Part shown: positions 1-10,982 of the stretch, in pieces
How positions within the stretch are numbered: position 1 is the stretch's first letter
Layout of the letters: each line of letters begins with the position of its first letter
Assembly: GCA_963677485.1 (NCBI GenBank)
Contig: OY781964.1
Location: 3,040,001-3,104,000, forward strand
From: Armatimonadota bacterium
Lineage (GTDB): Bacteria; Armatimonadota; HRBIN16
Length of the DNA: 64,000 bases
Reading direction: 5' to 3'
Position numbers and translations under genes: made by a program
The notes under the pieces: generated by a model
What the model was told of the DNA's origin: nothing
Database searches by the model: none
What the model saw: only the letters and a program-made list of their open reading frames with translations

Positions 1-1
1 G

Positions 2-1792
2 ACTAAAATCCAGATACACGGCGATAATTTCTTGGGTATTGGGGTCCGCAGTAAAGTAAAAACAGGGGTGACCTCGGTATCAGTTGGAGGTAAAAGTCCA
101 CTAATCCCCAAAGTGCTAAGTGATGATCTACTGGAAGTAGTTGTACCGGCAGGTGCTACTACAAATCTTATCTCCGTTACTTCATCAGGCGGAACAACAT
201 ATAGCACTAAGCATCTCGTAGTGAATGCCATCCCTCTTCCAACAGTAGATAGTTTTACTCCCGGCGAGGCCATAGTCGGAGATGACAAGATTGAAATCAT
301 TGTCACAGGCACAGGGTTCAATGGTAAAGGTACAGTCGGTGGCTTACCCACAGGTGTATCGCACGTATATATTGGCGGAGTTGAGACTTTCTCATGGAAG
401 CGTACCTCTGGTGATGACAACCATCTTACCTTGACTGTGCCCGCAGGGGCCGCATCTGGGAGCATTTCTGTCACTACAGCTGGGGGCACAGGATATAGTT
501 CAGATGCCTTCATTATAAGGCCGATCACTGCACCGACCATCAGCACCTATACACCTGAAGGTAGGGTGGGCACCGATGTCGTTATCCACGGCACGAACTT
601 TATTGTTTATAAAAACAATGGAACTGATAGGCTCACTACACTACCCATCGTCACTATTGGCGGCCGTCCTGCAGCGATTAAAGGTTCTTATGATGCTAAC
701 AGTATCACGGCAACAGTGGATGCGCAAGCAACCACGGGAGGCATTTCAGTCCAAACCGAGGGCGGAACTGCTTACAGCAGCGGATACTTCACGGTCCTTA
801 CCGTTCCTGCACCGACCATAACCTCCCTTTCTACCGGGTACGGTTATTGGGGCGATTGGATACATATCTTCGGAACGAACCTAGATCAGGAGCCTGTGTC
901 CATCAAGTTCGGTAACACGACGGTGGGTGCTGGTTACATCGTCAGCCCGTTCGATATCTGCGTACAAATACCCGATTACGCGGCTTCTGGCCTGATCACT
1001 GTCACCACGCCTGGTGGCACAGCGACAAGCGCCGGCGATTTTGAGATTGCTGCTGCACCAGACATTCTTGAGGTAAATCCGTGGAATGGTCTGGTAGGAG
1101 ATACGATCACCCTATCGGGAACTAACTTTACTGACGCATATTCGGTGGAGTTTGGTGTCGTACCTGCGTTTTTTGATGTATTGGATGCTAGCCATATATC
1201 CGCCATAGTGCCTACGGGTGGCAACGGCAAGATTACTGTTAGAACACCATATGGTTTTCACACCACTGATGGCAGCTTCATAGTTAATCCAAGTGGTGCA
1301 GCACCCACGATTTCTAGCTTCCTCTGTCAAGGCACAGATGAAGGCGGGATCGGTGAAGTAGTTACCATCACTGGAACGAACTTCACTGCTGGTTCCAAGG
1401 TGATGTTCAATGGCGTAGCGGCAGTAACAGTCGTCGATAATTCGACATCGATCCGTGCGACCATTCCTGCCTCGGCGACGACTGGTCTGATATCCGTCAG
1501 TACATCAGGTGGAATGGCGTTCAGCAACAAGTTATTCTACGTCATTCAAGCACCAACGATTACGTCTTCAACACCATCTGTCAAGGAATATGGAATTGTA
1601 GAGATCTGGGGCACGAACTTCACCAATGGTACTAAGGTAACGTTTGGTGCTGGTGTTCCTGCCGATTCGATCGTAATTTGGTCATGTAACTATATTACGG
1701 TTACTATGCCACATGCAAGCCCTGGACCTTACGACATGAAGCTTACGACACGAGGTGGTAGTTCTACCGGTTCTGTCACTGTCATCCCGTAA
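2..1792 (+). CDS. IPT/TIG (Ig-like) repeat surface protein, 5'-truncated by the window edge
   Basis: Frame is open from base 2. About 7 repeats of PTI.S.TP..G..V.I.GTNF...V.FG...VP.GA.TG.I.V.T.GGT..S; Thr/Gly/Ser rich. Confidence 0.85.
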   Translation, partial: TKIQIHGDNFLGIGVRSKVKTGVTSVSVGGKSPLIPKVLSDDLLEVVVPAGATTNLISVTSSGGTTYSTKHLVVNAIPLPTVDSFTPGEAIVGDDKIEIIVTGTGFNGKGTVGGLPTGVSHVYIGGVETFSWKRTSGDDNHLTLTVPAGAASGSISVTTAGGTGYSSDAFIIRPITAPTISTYTPEGRVGTDVVIHGTNFIVYKNNGTDRLTTLPIVTIGGRPAAIKGSYDANSITATVDAQATTGGISVQTEGGTAYSSGYFTVLTVPAPTITSLSTGYGYWGDWIHIFGTNLDQEPVSIKFGNTTVGAGYIVSPFDICVQIPDYAASGLITVTTPGGTATSAGDFEIAAAPDILEVNPWNGLVGDTITLSGTNFTDAYSVEFGVVPAFFDVLDASHISAIVPTGGNGKITVRTPYGFHTTDGSFIVNPSGAAPTISSFLCQGTDEGGIGEVVTITGTNFTAGSKVMFNGVAAVTVVDNSTSIRATIPASATTGLISVSTSGGMAFSNKLFYVIQAPTITSSTPSVKEYGIVEIWGTNFTNGTKVTFGAGVPADSIVIWSCNYITVTMPHASPGPYDMKLTTRGGSSTGSVTVIP

Positions 1793-1832
1793 CCGCCTCT
1801 CCCCTGAGGCCCTAGGCCTCAAGCAAGACCCG

Positions 1833-1868
1833 CAGAGCACGCAACTCAAACCTCAGTTGCGTGCTCTG
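1833..1868 (+). terminator. 14-bp perfect hairpin after the IPT gene (terminator or stabiliser)
   Basis: CAGAGCACGCAACT-caaacctc-AGTTGCGTGCTCTG, with only a weak U-tail. Confidence 0.5.
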
Positions 1869-2019
1869 GCTTATGAACGCACACACACCACACCCCCAAT
1901 AGTAATCTGGTGTCACATCAGTACTGAATGAAGCCAAAGCCCAATCACTGCCTTGAATATGCACTCGGCGCGGAGTAGGCTAAAAATGTCAGCATCAATT
2001 CTCAGCGGGGTGTTACTCA

Positions 2020-4845
2020 ATGGACGCATTCAATTCTGCACAATGGATATGGACCGATCTGGACGACGGCGGCATGAACGTGATCGTCTGCGTGCGAAAG
2101 AGCTTTACGCTGGACGCCGCTCCGCAGTTCGCCAATCTGGACATCTCCGCCGACAGCCGGTATGTGCTCTACGTAAACGGAGAGCGCGTTGCCAACGGCC
2201 CGATGCGCAGTTGGAACCACCTGAAGCAATACGACACACTCGAAATCGCCCCCTGGCTGAAGGCGGGTCAGAACACGTTCGCGGTGATGGTCACCAGATA
2301 TGGCGTGGCTTCCGGGCAGTATATGGATGGGCCTGGTGGTTTGATCGCCCAGCTTAACGTCGATGACCAGCCGGTTCTCACCACAGACGCATCCTGGAAA
2401 TGGGCGGCCCACACCGAATACAAGCGTTCAGCGCCGCGGCTGGCTTGGGGCATCTTCTTTACGGAGCAAGTGACGGCAGATCCGTTGTTCCACTCTTGGA
2501 TGCAGCCCGACTTTGATGATGCAGACTGGCAGGCTGGATATGAAATGGGACCGGTGGGCACCGAGCCATTTGTGCAGATGCAGGCCCGTTCGCTTCCGTT
2601 GCTGACCGAACAGGTTCTATACCCCCGCTCGATTTCAGATGCCCGCGTGGTGAAGACACTCCGAAACAGCTTCGCGTTCTCCATCCAGCGGCAGATCATG
2701 AAAATCCGTGGACCACATGAGCCTGAGAATGGCTCCTCCGTGTTGCTGACGTTCCTTGTTTCTGACAAACCCACAAAAGCGGTATGGCGGCGCATGAACG
2801 CTTCTTGCGGCCTGGATGCAATTCATAGTGTGCGCCTCAACCACACAGATGTGACCTTCAAGGATGATGTGGCCGAGATTGAGCTCAAAGCCGGTGAGAA
2901 CCTGCTAGTCATACGTCTGAACCCAGGGATGCAGAGCCATCCCTCCTGGGTTTTTGAGACCGATGCGGAGCTGAGGCTGCTCTCACCTAAAGCGGTCAAG
3001 CCGGGACCAGCCGCCATCTATGTGCTGCCTGCGGGTGCCGACATCAGCCAGGACAAGGTGGCCAACGGACTGTGGGATGCGCATTGCCGCGGCTGTCTAG
3101 GAAGCTGGTTAAGTAACCTGCAGCCCATCACCTGGGCTGACAGCTACACCGATGTCTACGCGCTGGCTAACACACGCCAGCAGGTCGGTGTGAGAGCGGT
3201 GGTTTTCGATACCGAGGCGATGTGTAGTGATAACTCCCAGTTTACGACTATCATCCCGTGCGCCGATGGCGACACCGAACTGCTGTTGGATTTCGGGGAG
3301 GAAATCGCTGGCTATCTCGATTTTGAGCTGATCGCCGCGCCGGGAGTGACGGTCGACTTTTACGGCATGGAGGCGATCGTCGACGGCAAGTGGAGCTGGA
3401 CAGATAACCTGAACAACACGATGCGGTATACCTGCATGGATGGCTTGCAGAGCTACCGCAGTGAGGTCCGAATGGCCTTCCGGTATCTCACTGTCACGGT
3501 ACGCAACGCAACGGCCCCAGTGCGGATTCGACGCGTCAGGTTGATCCAGAACACCTATCCTGTGCAGTATTTGGGCGATTTCGCCAGCAACGATGGGATG
3601 CTGAACCAGATTTACGACATCAGCCGCCGCACTACCCGTTTGTGCATGGAAGATACTTTTGTGGATTGCCCGGCCTACGAGCAGACTTACTGGGTGGGTG
3701 ACAGCCGAAACGAGGCCTTGGCCAACATGGCGGTGTTCGGCGATGGCCGGATCACCAAGCGGTGCCTGCGTCTGGCCGCGGAGTCGATGTGGCGGTCCCC
3801 CATGCCCGAATCTCATGCGCCCGCCCGCGGTTTTGGGATCATCCCCGATTGGAGCTTCTTCTGGGCCTTCGCAATCCACGAGTACTACCTGTATACCGCG
3901 GATATCGAGTTTGTGAAGGAGATGGCACCCTATGTCCAGCGGATGTGCGATTTCCTGCTCGATCAACGTGGGGAGACAGGTCTGGTGCAATATGCGGCTT
4001 GGAATATGCTGGACTGGGCTCCTATGCAGTGCCCCCCAGGTGGGGCCATCACGCACGAGAACGCCTTCTTTGTCAAAGCTTTGCACGAAGCCAGCGAACT
4101 GCTGCGCCTGGCAGGACTACCCGGCGGCGACCGGTATCTCACCGAAGCCGAAGCACTGAAAGCTGCGATCAACCAGCACCTGTGGGATGAATCCGAGGGC
4201 GGTTACCGTGATGCCAATCTGCCTGATGGCGCGCCGGGCACGGTCTTCAGCCAGCAGAGCCAGACCGTGGCTTATCTGTGTGACATAGCCTCAGGTCCGC
4301 GGGAAGAACGGGTGGCGGGAATGATGAAGCAGTGCCCTGACACCTGGACGAAGGTGGGAAGCCCCTTCATGATGTGGTTCAGCTTTGAGGCCCTGGAGAA
4401 AGCGGGGGATAAGCAGACCATTCTCGATTGGATGCGCCTCTGGTGGGGCGAAATGATCGAGTATGGTGCCACCACGTGCTGGGAGACCTACACAAGCTCG
4501 TTGGAGGGTCGATGGGCCCCTACACGCAGTTGGTGCCATGCCTGGTCGGCTGCCCCTGCCTACTTCCTTCCTTCGATGGTGCTGGGTGTGCGTCCTGTGG
4601 CCCCCGGTTTCAAAAAGGCGGTGGTTGCGCCATTCATTGGCGATCTGCAGTGGGCGAAGGGGCGCGTGCCGACACCTTACGGCCAGATCAGCGTGAGCTG
4701 GAAGCTTATCGACGGCAAGATGAACCTGACGGTCATTCACCCCGCCGAGGTGGATGTCGAGATCGTGCTTCCTGAGGGTGTGGAGATGGGTGAGGTGAAG
4801 AAGCTGGTCAGCAGCTTCATGACCAGCCCTGAGGGGATTTCGTAG
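2020..4845 (+). CDS. Alpha-L-rhamnosidase, GH78 family
   Basis: ISADSRYVLYVNG N-terminal domain, LLDFGEE, DCPAYEQ..WVGD catalytic region, GATTCWE, SWCHAWS, VPTPYG.I.VSW. Confidence 0.9.
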   Translation: MDAFNSAQWIWTDLDDGGMNVIVCVRKSFTLDAAPQFANLDISADSRYVLYVNGERVANGPMRSWNHLKQYDTLEIAPWLKAGQNTFAVMVTRYGVASGQYMDGPGGLIAQLNVDDQPVLTTDASWKWAAHTEYKRSAPRLAWGIFFTEQVTADPLFHSWMQPDFDDADWQAGYEMGPVGTEPFVQMQARSLPLLTEQVLYPRSISDARVVKTLRNSFAFSIQRQIMKIRGPHEPENGSSVLLTFLVSDKPTKAVWRRMNASCGLDAIHSVRLNHTDVTFKDDVAEIELKAGENLLVIRLNPGMQSHPSWVFETDAELRLLSPKAVKPGPAAIYVLPAGADISQDKVANGLWDAHCRGCLGSWLSNLQPITWADSYTDVYALANTRQQVGVRAVVFDTEAMCSDNSQFTTIIPCADGDTELLLDFGEEIAGYLDFELIAAPGVTVDFYGMEAIVDGKWSWTDNLNNTMRYTCMDGLQSYRSEVRMAFRYLTVTVRNATAPVRIRRVRLIQNTYPVQYLGDFASNDGMLNQIYDISRRTTRLCMEDTFVDCPAYEQTYWVGDSRNEALANMAVFGDGRITKRCLRLAAESMWRSPMPESHAPARGFGIIPDWSFFWAFAIHEYYLYTADIEFVKEMAPYVQRMCDFLLDQRGETGLVQYAAWNMLDWAPMQCPPGGAITHENAFFVKALHEASELLRLAGLPGGDRYLTEAEALKAAINQHLWDESEGGYRDANLPDGAPGTVFSQQSQTVAYLCDIASGPREERVAGMMKQCPDTWTKVGSPFMMWFSFEALEKAGDKQTILDWMRLWWGEMIEYGATTCWETYTSSLEGRWAPTRSWCHAWSAAPAYFLPSMVLGVRPVAPGFKKAVVAPFIGDLQWAKGRVPTPYGQISVSWKLIDGKMNLTVIHPAEVDVEIVLPEGVEMGEVKKLVSSFMTSPEGIS

Positions 4846-4980
4846 CCTGCGTGCGAGTATTATGGGATCTATGACCCAGAAAATGCTCGTATATATTGTA
4901 AAGCCAATGTGCCGTCGATTTCGCGACATAAATGTCAGTCTATTACCCACTAATATTGCATGGCCAGTAGGTCACCGATT

Positions 4981-5117
4981 CCGCGACATAAATGTCTCGG
5001 CTATTGAACACCAAGACTGCTGAAGCAGTCTACATTAACGTTATCTTTGTCGGTAAGGAGCTCCGCAGCCCGGTTTAGCGGGCTTTTTGATCAATAGCCG
5101 AGACATTTATGTCGCGG
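4981..5117. repeat. REP-doublet-like inverted repeat with 27-bp arms
   Basis: CCGCGACATAAATGTCTCGGCTATTGA (4981-5007) pairs with TCAATAGCCGAGACATTTATGTCGCGG (5091-5117); an extra partial copy lies at ~4922. Confidence 0.75.
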
Positions 5118-5213
5118 CTATTGAACACCAAGCCCGTTGAAACGGTCTGAGGCACATCGGACCGTTGGCGGTATCGGTATCTTGGCTGCTTTAGCAGTCT
5201 TGTAAATTACTAG

Positions 5214-5382
5214 GTTGGCTATGCCCGGGCGGTCTGTCAGTACGCCAGCGGAGGCCACTTTCTATAAACCGCGCCGGTCTTGTTCCCGACACATATCTTT
5301 TGGGGCTATCCGCCAGACCGGCGCGGTCTCGAGCCTTCTGCATCCGCTAGCCTACGCACAGACCGCCCCGGACATAGGCAAC
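5214..5382. repeat. Solo copy of a nested-palindrome element (family A, MITE/REPIN-like)
   Basis: Outer IR TTGGCTATGCCCGGGCGGTCT / AGACCGCCCCGGACATAGGCAA and inner IR ACCGCGCCGGTCT / AGACCGGCGCGGT. Homologous to 16260-16428 and to the 36.7-37.4 kb array. Confidence 0.8.
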
Positions 5383-5750
5383 ACATGATTGCAATAAAGG
5401 TTATACTGCCTAATTACGACGGGTTCCATCAGCCCGCTAAAGCAGGCCTCGTCACCCGTCGCTTATCATCTGGCTGTCCGCTGAAGCGGACACGGGGTAC
5501 TCCCTGCGCCGGCCGGAGCGTAGCGACGCCGGCCGCTAATGATCAGCCACGCGGTGAGGAAACCCCTTAGGGACGCCAGTCCCGTGGGGTGACTGAACCC
5601 GTGGCCATTTGCCGACAGTATCAGTCACAGTCTGGGCTGCCGTGCCAGCACGGGCGGGTGCTTACCCGTGGCTACAGGTCGCGGAATCTCCCCGATAAAT
5701 ATAAATCCGCGACAGCAGGCGGCTGCCGATGCTCGCTACAGACCGGACGG

Positions 5751-7022
5751 TCACGGTAAAACGGGGATGACCAACCGCACAGACGTGCCGACCCCGTCTT
5801 CGCTATCAATTTCAAGACGCCCGCCGTGGGCCTCCAGCAACCGGCTGGCGATGCTCAGCCCAAGCCCCGAATGTTTATCACCTGGGGTTCTGGCAGCATC
5901 GGCTCGGTAGAACGGGTCACACAGGTAGGGCAGGTGCTCAGGCTTGATGCCTTTGCCGTTATCTTGGATCAGAATTGTGATTTGCTGATCTACGATGATC
6001 TTGACCCAGAGATCGCAGCCGCTGCCGGCATGGCTGATGGCGTTGCCAATCACATTATCAACCGCTTGAAGTATCCGGTCCTTGTCCGCATCCACCATCA
6101 CCGCCCCATCAGCCTCCAGCGGATGCAGTGTGATGCCATGCTGCTGTGCGGAAGCTGTGTATGTGGGCACCACCGCCTTCAACAGTCCGACAAGCTCCAC
6201 CGGATGTTTGTCCAGAGTAAAGTGGTCCAGATCCAGCCTGGCCAGCTCCATCAGGTCCTGCACCAACCTCAGCAATCGCTCCGAGTTGCCAACCAAAGCG
6301 TCCAGAGCGCGCTTACGCCGATCCGGTTCGTCAGCCATCCCATCCTGCAGCGCACCGGCCATCGTGCGCATGGTGGTGACGGGGCTGCGGAACTCGTGGG
6401 CGATGTTGGCAAGGAACTGCTTGCGCCGCTTGGCGTCATCTTCCAGGCGTTGTATGTGCCGGTTGACCTGATCAGCCATGTTATTCATCGCAGTGGCCAC
6501 AGCGTCAAATTCGTTGTTTTCCCCCGTCGGAACACGGTAGTCGTAGTTGCCGGCCTGGTAGGCCTCGACACCGGAGGTGAGTGCATTCAGAGGCTTTGTA
6601 TACCGTCGCGCTATCCACGCGGCGGTGACAGATGCCAGGCCTATCGCAAACATCAACCTCACCAGGAAGCCGCGAATCTCTATCCATATGGGGAACTGCC
6701 CAGGACCTCGCCCATGAAACCCTCCACCATGATCACTATGAGCTGCATCAGTTCGGTGACTTGACTGGTTGTTTTGATCGGATTCCTCAGGCGGGGGCAT
6801 ATTTGGTCGACCGGTGATGAAGACCCAGATGTCGAACCGTGGCTCCGGGAAGGGGCGAGGATAAGTCATCGGATCGTCCAGCATCTGCTGGTGCAGTGTC
6901 TTCATGCTCAGGTAGTTCAAGTAGTTGGCCAGCCCGCTGCTTAACATCCAACTGATGATGATTGTCAGTGTGATGGCCCAAGTGAGGCTTGCTCGGACGC
7001 TAGTTCGTCGGCCGATACGCAT
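5751..7022 (-). CDS. Membrane sensor histidine kinase (2 TM, HAMP, HisKA, HATPase; BaeS-like)
   Basis: AHEFRSP H-box, NVIGNAI N-box, DNGKGI, GLGLSI. Confidence 0.93.
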   Translation of the reverse strand: MRIGRRTSVRASLTWAITLTIIISWMLSSGLANYLNYLSMKTLHQQMLDDPMTYPRPFPEPRFDIWVFITGRPNMPPPEESDQNNQSSHRTDAAHSDHGGGFHGRGPGQFPIWIEIRGFLVRLMFAIGLASVTAAWIARRYTKPLNALTSGVEAYQAGNYDYRVPTGENNEFDAVATAMNNMADQVNRHIQRLEDDAKRRKQFLANIAHEFRSPVTTMRTMAGALQDGMADEPDRRKRALDALVGNSERLLRLVQDLMELARLDLDHFTLDKHPVELVGLLKAVVPTYTASAQQHGITLHPLEADGAVMVDADKDRILQAVDNVIGNAISHAGSGCDLWVKIIVDQQITILIQDNGKGIKPEHLPYLCDPFYRADAARTPGDKHSGLGLSIASRLLEAHGGRLEIDSEDGVGTSVRLVIPVLP

Positions 7023-7680
7023 ATCCTACCCCCCTGACTGTGTTGATGGGGAAGTCAGCACAACCCGCCTTCGACAGCTTTTCGCGAAGCCGGTAGACCA
7101 GATTATCAACCAGCCGAAACTCACCGTAGAAGTCGTTCCCCCATATCTTTTCAATAAGGTGTTCGCGGGTAAGCACTATCGCCGGACTGGCCATCAACGC
7201 CGCCAGCATGTCAAATTCCATCGCGGTGAGCTCCACCTCGGTGCCGTTCACCGTCAGGCGCCGCTCTTCGGGGTAGAGAGCCAGGTTCTGCCATTTGAAT
7301 GCGGGTGAATGAAGCTGACTTCGCCCCTTGCGCCGGGCGAGCGCCTCAATACGGGCGACCAGTTCCGACATGTGGAAGGGCTTCGTAACATAGTCATCGG
7401 CACCCAGTTTCAGGGCACGCACCTTGTCGATCTCACCATCTTTAGCAGACAGCATCATGATCATGGCGTCCGCCTCCTGGCTCATGATCTCACACACCTT
7501 CATGCCGTCCATTTTGGGCATCATGATGTCCAGAATCACCAGGTCCGGCTTCTCCTTGCGGTAGACATCCAGCGCCACTTCACCATCACATGCGGTGAGC
7601 ACCTCCAGACCCTCGGCCTCCAGATACCATCGCAGACCTTCGATAAGGTCGGCGTCATCGTCCACAACCAGTATTCGCAT
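7000..7680 (-). CDS. OmpR/PhoB-family response regulator
   Basis: ILVVDDD, LDIMMP, GADDYVTKPF, winged-helix C-terminus TVRGVGY; overlaps the kinase start. Confidence 0.95.
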   Translation of the reverse strand: MRILVVDDDADLIEGLRWYLEAEGLEVLTACDGEVALDVYRKEKPDLVILDIMMPKMDGMKVCEIMSQEADAMIMMLSAKDGEIDKVRALKLGADDYVTKPFHMSELVARIEALARRKGRSQLHSPAFKWQNLALYPEERRLTVNGTEVELTAMEFDMLAALMASPAIVLTREHLIEKIWGNDFYGEFRLVDNLVYRLREKLSKAGCADFPINTVRGVGYAYRPTN

Positions 7681-8040
7681 GTCATCACCCCTATACAGAG
7701 ATTACTGTATTCATTCCTGATTCTAGCATGATGTGTGGTTGTCCGGGGGACAAAATGCACAAAAACCGGCCTTTGAGGACAGATAAGACTGAAATGTGTT
7801 CGATCAGTGATTTTCATTTCACGGACATCAACTGTGAGGGTGACTTGGACGGGATAGAGCCCGTCGCGGAGCACGCGATAGGCCGATTCTGGGCACGACA
7901 TATGCGTCAAAGATTCTCCACAGAAACAAGGACTGGTTGTGATGAAGCTGCGATGCTTGATCCGACGGCCAAAGGTAGCATGATGATGGAGCACAGATGA
8001 AATCCGAAAACCACACACTTAAGAGTAATGGGAGGCACCC

Positions 8041-9321
8041 ATGAACCGATATATCAAACCGCTCATCGCCTGCACCTTAGTTGGTTTCAGCCAACTCAGC
8101 TTGGCCCAACAGGCAAAGGCACCCCTCAGTCTGCCGCAGTGTATAGAACTGGCGCTGCGCAGCAACAGCAGCGTGCTGAGTGCAGGAAACAGCCTGAAGC
8201 TATCGATAAGCCGCATTGATTCCGCCAACGCCGGGTACCTGCCCAAGGTATCGCTCCAGGGCAACCTGTTCACCGGATCATCTGGTGAGCTTGGAACCAA
8301 TTCGACCACAGATGCCTCACTGACAGCTTCGATCAGCATCTACGATGGCGGTTTCCGCGAAGAGAAGCTGATCCAAGCACGGCACGGCGTGACTCAAAGC
8401 CAGTCACAGCTCACACGAACCCGGCAAACGACTATTTACAATGTGAGCACGAGCTACTACGAGCTGCTTCGGTCGCGTGAGCTGGTGGATGTGGCCAAAT
8501 CCAATGTGAGCTACAACGAAGCACTGAGCGCCCAGATCACATCTAAAGCCCAGGAAGGGGCTGCTGCCGATGTCGATGTGCTGCCGGTGGAGGCGCAAGC
8601 GGCCAGTGCCAGGGTGTCACTGCTGTCCGCCGAAAACCAGGTGCGTGTGTCGCTGGTGCAGCTTCAGAACACAATGGGGCTGGGATCGCAGCCTGGATTT
8701 GATGTGGCCCCTGCAGCCGATATCGCCGTGGTGGTGCCCGAAAGCTTGAATGCGTGTCTTGAGAGTGCCCAAACCAAGCGCACAGAAATTGTGCAGTTGG
8801 CGGCCGCAGCCGCTGTAAATCGCTCCACCGTGCGGCAGGCCAAACTGGCCATGCTGCCGATACCTACAGTGACTGGATCCTACCAGTCGCAACTGTCGGG
8901 CAGTGACACATTAAGCGGTGCCACCATCATGGGCACGCTTTCGATCGACCTCTACAGCGGGGGCAGCAATCAAGCAGCATACCGACAGGCGCAGCTTCAG
9001 TATGAGGACAGCCTCTTGACGCTAGAGCAACAGAAGCGAGATATCGGAGCTGAGGTGGAGCAGGCCTACCTAAACCTGCAAAGCACCCGTGAGAGGATTG
9101 ACGCCGCACGGCTAAGCCTATCCTCTGCAGAGCGCAACTACGCAGCTCAAAAAGAGAGATACAGCCAAGGGATCGGCACCACGCTTGATCTGCTCAATGC
9201 GGAATCCCAGGTGGTCTCTGCACAATCCAGCTATGTTCAAGCTCGTTACGACCATACCATCGCCTCTGTGCAGTTGAAATATGCGGTTGGTGACTTAGGA
9301 GAGAACAATGAAGAAAAGTAA
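8041..9321 (+). CDS. TolC-family outer membrane efflux protein
   Basis: Signal peptide and two OEP-like helical repeats (YLPKVSL, YYELL, RYSQGIGTTLDLLNAE). Confidence 0.88.
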   Translation: MNRYIKPLIACTLVGFSQLSLAQQAKAPLSLPQCIELALRSNSSVLSAGNSLKLSISRIDSANAGYLPKVSLQGNLFTGSSGELGTNSTTDASLTASISIYDGGFREEKLIQARHGVTQSQSQLTRTRQTTIYNVSTSYYELLRSRELVDVAKSNVSYNEALSAQITSKAQEGAAADVDVLPVEAQAASARVSLLSAENQVRVSLVQLQNTMGLGSQPGFDVAPAADIAVVVPESLNACLESAQTKRTEIVQLAAAAAVNRSTVRQAKLAMLPIPTVTGSYQSQLSGSDTLSGATIMGTLSIDLYSGGSNQAAYRQAQLQYEDSLLTLEQQKRDIGAEVEQAYLNLQSTRERIDAARLSLSSAERNYAAQKERYSQGIGTTLDLLNAESQVVSAQSSYVQARYDHTIASVQLKYAVGDLGENNEEK

Positions 9322-10972
9322 GAGGATCAAACAGATCGCCGGAATCATCGTGATCGTGTTGATTGTGGTGGCCGGTGTGATGGTGATGAAGGCGCGGAAT
9401 GCAGCGGCATCCAAACCTCAACTGCAGACAGATACAGTGAAACGGGACTCGATCGTGTCCAGCGTCTCAGGTAATGGTGTGCTGGAGCCGCTGACAACCG
9501 TTGAGGTGAAGTCCAATGTGGGCGGCACCGTGGTGGAGATGACCGTTGACGAGGGGGATGTGGTTAAAGCGGGGCAACTGATCGCCAAGATCGATCCCGC
9601 TGACTCCATATCACAACTTGACCAGGTCAAAGCGGATAACATGAGCGCACAGTCAAAGGTGTCGCAATCAAAACAGGCGTATTCGCTGCAGCGTGAGCAG
9701 ACTGATGCGAATGTGGTCTCATCGGAGCAGGCTTTGATCACCGCCGGGCAGCGTCTGGCTCAGGCAGCTCAGCAGGCCAAGATACAGCCGAAACTGACCT
9801 CAGAAAGCATCAAGCAGGCCAGCCTGTCACTAGATACAGCCCGCTCCGACCTGAGACAGCTCAAAACAGCGACTATCCCACAGATGATATCAAGCACAAA
9901 ATCCAACTATGACCAGTCTCAGGTTTCATACCAGGAAGCCGAGAAGAACCTGCAGCGTCAGAAGGCATTGTTGGAGAAGGGGTTTGTTTCGCGCAGCGTA
10001 GTCGATGCCGCCGAGAGTCAGTATAGCTCCGCTAAGGCACAGATGGATATCGCCAAGAGTAAACTCGACACGGTGAATTCTGAAGTAGACGAACAGATGC
10101 GCAGCGCGGAGTCGAAGGTGTCTCAAGCGATGTCCATGCTGGAGTCGGCGAAAGCCAACGGCATTCAGGATGACCTGAAGCACCGTGATCTGCTTGCTGC
10201 CAGTGCAGCGGTCAAGCAGGCTGAAGCCTCTCTCGCATCATCTAGGTCATCGGCCATTCAAGTGCAGATGAAGGGTGAAGAGATACTGCAAGCTCAGTCT
10301 TCGCTGGTCCGGTCAGAGGCCACCGTTAAGAACGCACAAACCCAGTTGGGTTACACCACGATTGTGGCACCCAGCTCCGGTGTGGTTGTGAAGAAGTATG
10401 CGGAAACGGGATCTATGGTGACCGCTGGTAAGTCCTCTTTCTCCGGTAGCGGGTCGGGTGTGACCATCGTCGACATCGCCGATACCAGCCGGATGCAGGT
10501 GGTGGTTGATGTGGACGAGACCGACATCAGCAAGATCAGCGTCGGTCAGGAAGTGGATGTCACAGTGGATGCCTTCCCGAAGGAGCTGTTCGCCGGTAAA
10601 GTCACCAAAGTGGCCCCCGCTGCAGAGCAGACGCAGAGTGTGACCACCATTCCTGTGACTGTAGAACTTAAGCAGCCTGACACCCGCCTGAAACCTCAGA
10701 TGAATGCGAGCTGTGATTTCATCATCGCCCGCAAGGACAACGTGCTCTGCATCTCTATCGACGCCGTGGTAGAGACAGATAACGGCACCGAAGTGACCGT
10801 GATGGCAAATGGTCAGGCCGTCCCTAAGAAAGTGGAAATCGGACTGACGGGTGACGAATACTGCGAAGTGAAGTCCGGGCTTAAAGAGGGTGACACCATT
10901 GTGATACCCGAAGAGGACACAAGCAGTAAGTCGAAGGGAATGGGTGGCCCTGGCGGACCGCCACCGATGTAG
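9308..10972 (+). CDS. Periplasmic adaptor / membrane fusion protein (MacA/HlyD-like) with a long coiled coil
   Basis: N-terminal TM, lipoyl halves ([14 protein letters not shown]; IVAPSSGVV), [12 protein letters not shown], Gly/Pro tail. Confidence 0.88.
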   Translation: MKKSKRIKQIAGIIVIVLIVVAGVMVMKARNAAASKPQLQTDTVKRDSIVSSVSGNGVLEPLTTVEVKSNVGGTVVEMTVDEGDVVKAGQLIAKIDPADSISQLDQVKADNMSAQSKVSQSKQAYSLQREQTDANVVSSEQALITAGQRLAQAAQQAKIQPKLTSESIKQASLSLDTARSDLRQLKTATIPQMISSTKSNYDQSQVSYQEAEKNLQRQKALLEKGFVSRSVVDAAESQYSSAKAQMDIAKSKLDTVNSEVDEQMRSAESKVSQAMSMLESAKANGIQDDLKHRDLLAASAAVKQAEASLASSRSSAIQVQMKGEEILQAQSSLVRSEATVKNAQTQLGYTTIVAPSSGVVVKKYAETGSMVTAGKSSFSGSGSGVTIVDIADTSRMQVVVDVDETDISKISVGQEVDVTVDAFPKELFAGKVTKVAPAAEQTQSVTTIPVTVELKQPDTRLKPQMNASCDFIIARKDNVLCISIDAVVETDNGTEVTVMANGQAVPKKVEIGLTGDEYCEVKSGLKEGDTIVIPEEDTSSKSKGMGGPGGPPPM

Positions 10973-10982
10973 GGGGTGCAAC

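Noticed and set aside
5280-5570. Similar short ORFs at 5280-5570 and 16326-16571
   Set aside because: Their similarity comes from the shared non-coding family A element.
3109-6764. Long antisense ORFs 3109-4086 and 5826-6764
   Set aside because: Shadows of GC-rich genes (GH78 and the histidine kinase) on the opposite strand.
7728-8000. 90-aa ORF between the regulator and the TolC-family gene
   Set aside because: No convincing RBS or motif; this is probably the divergent promoter region, though a small gene cannot be excluded.
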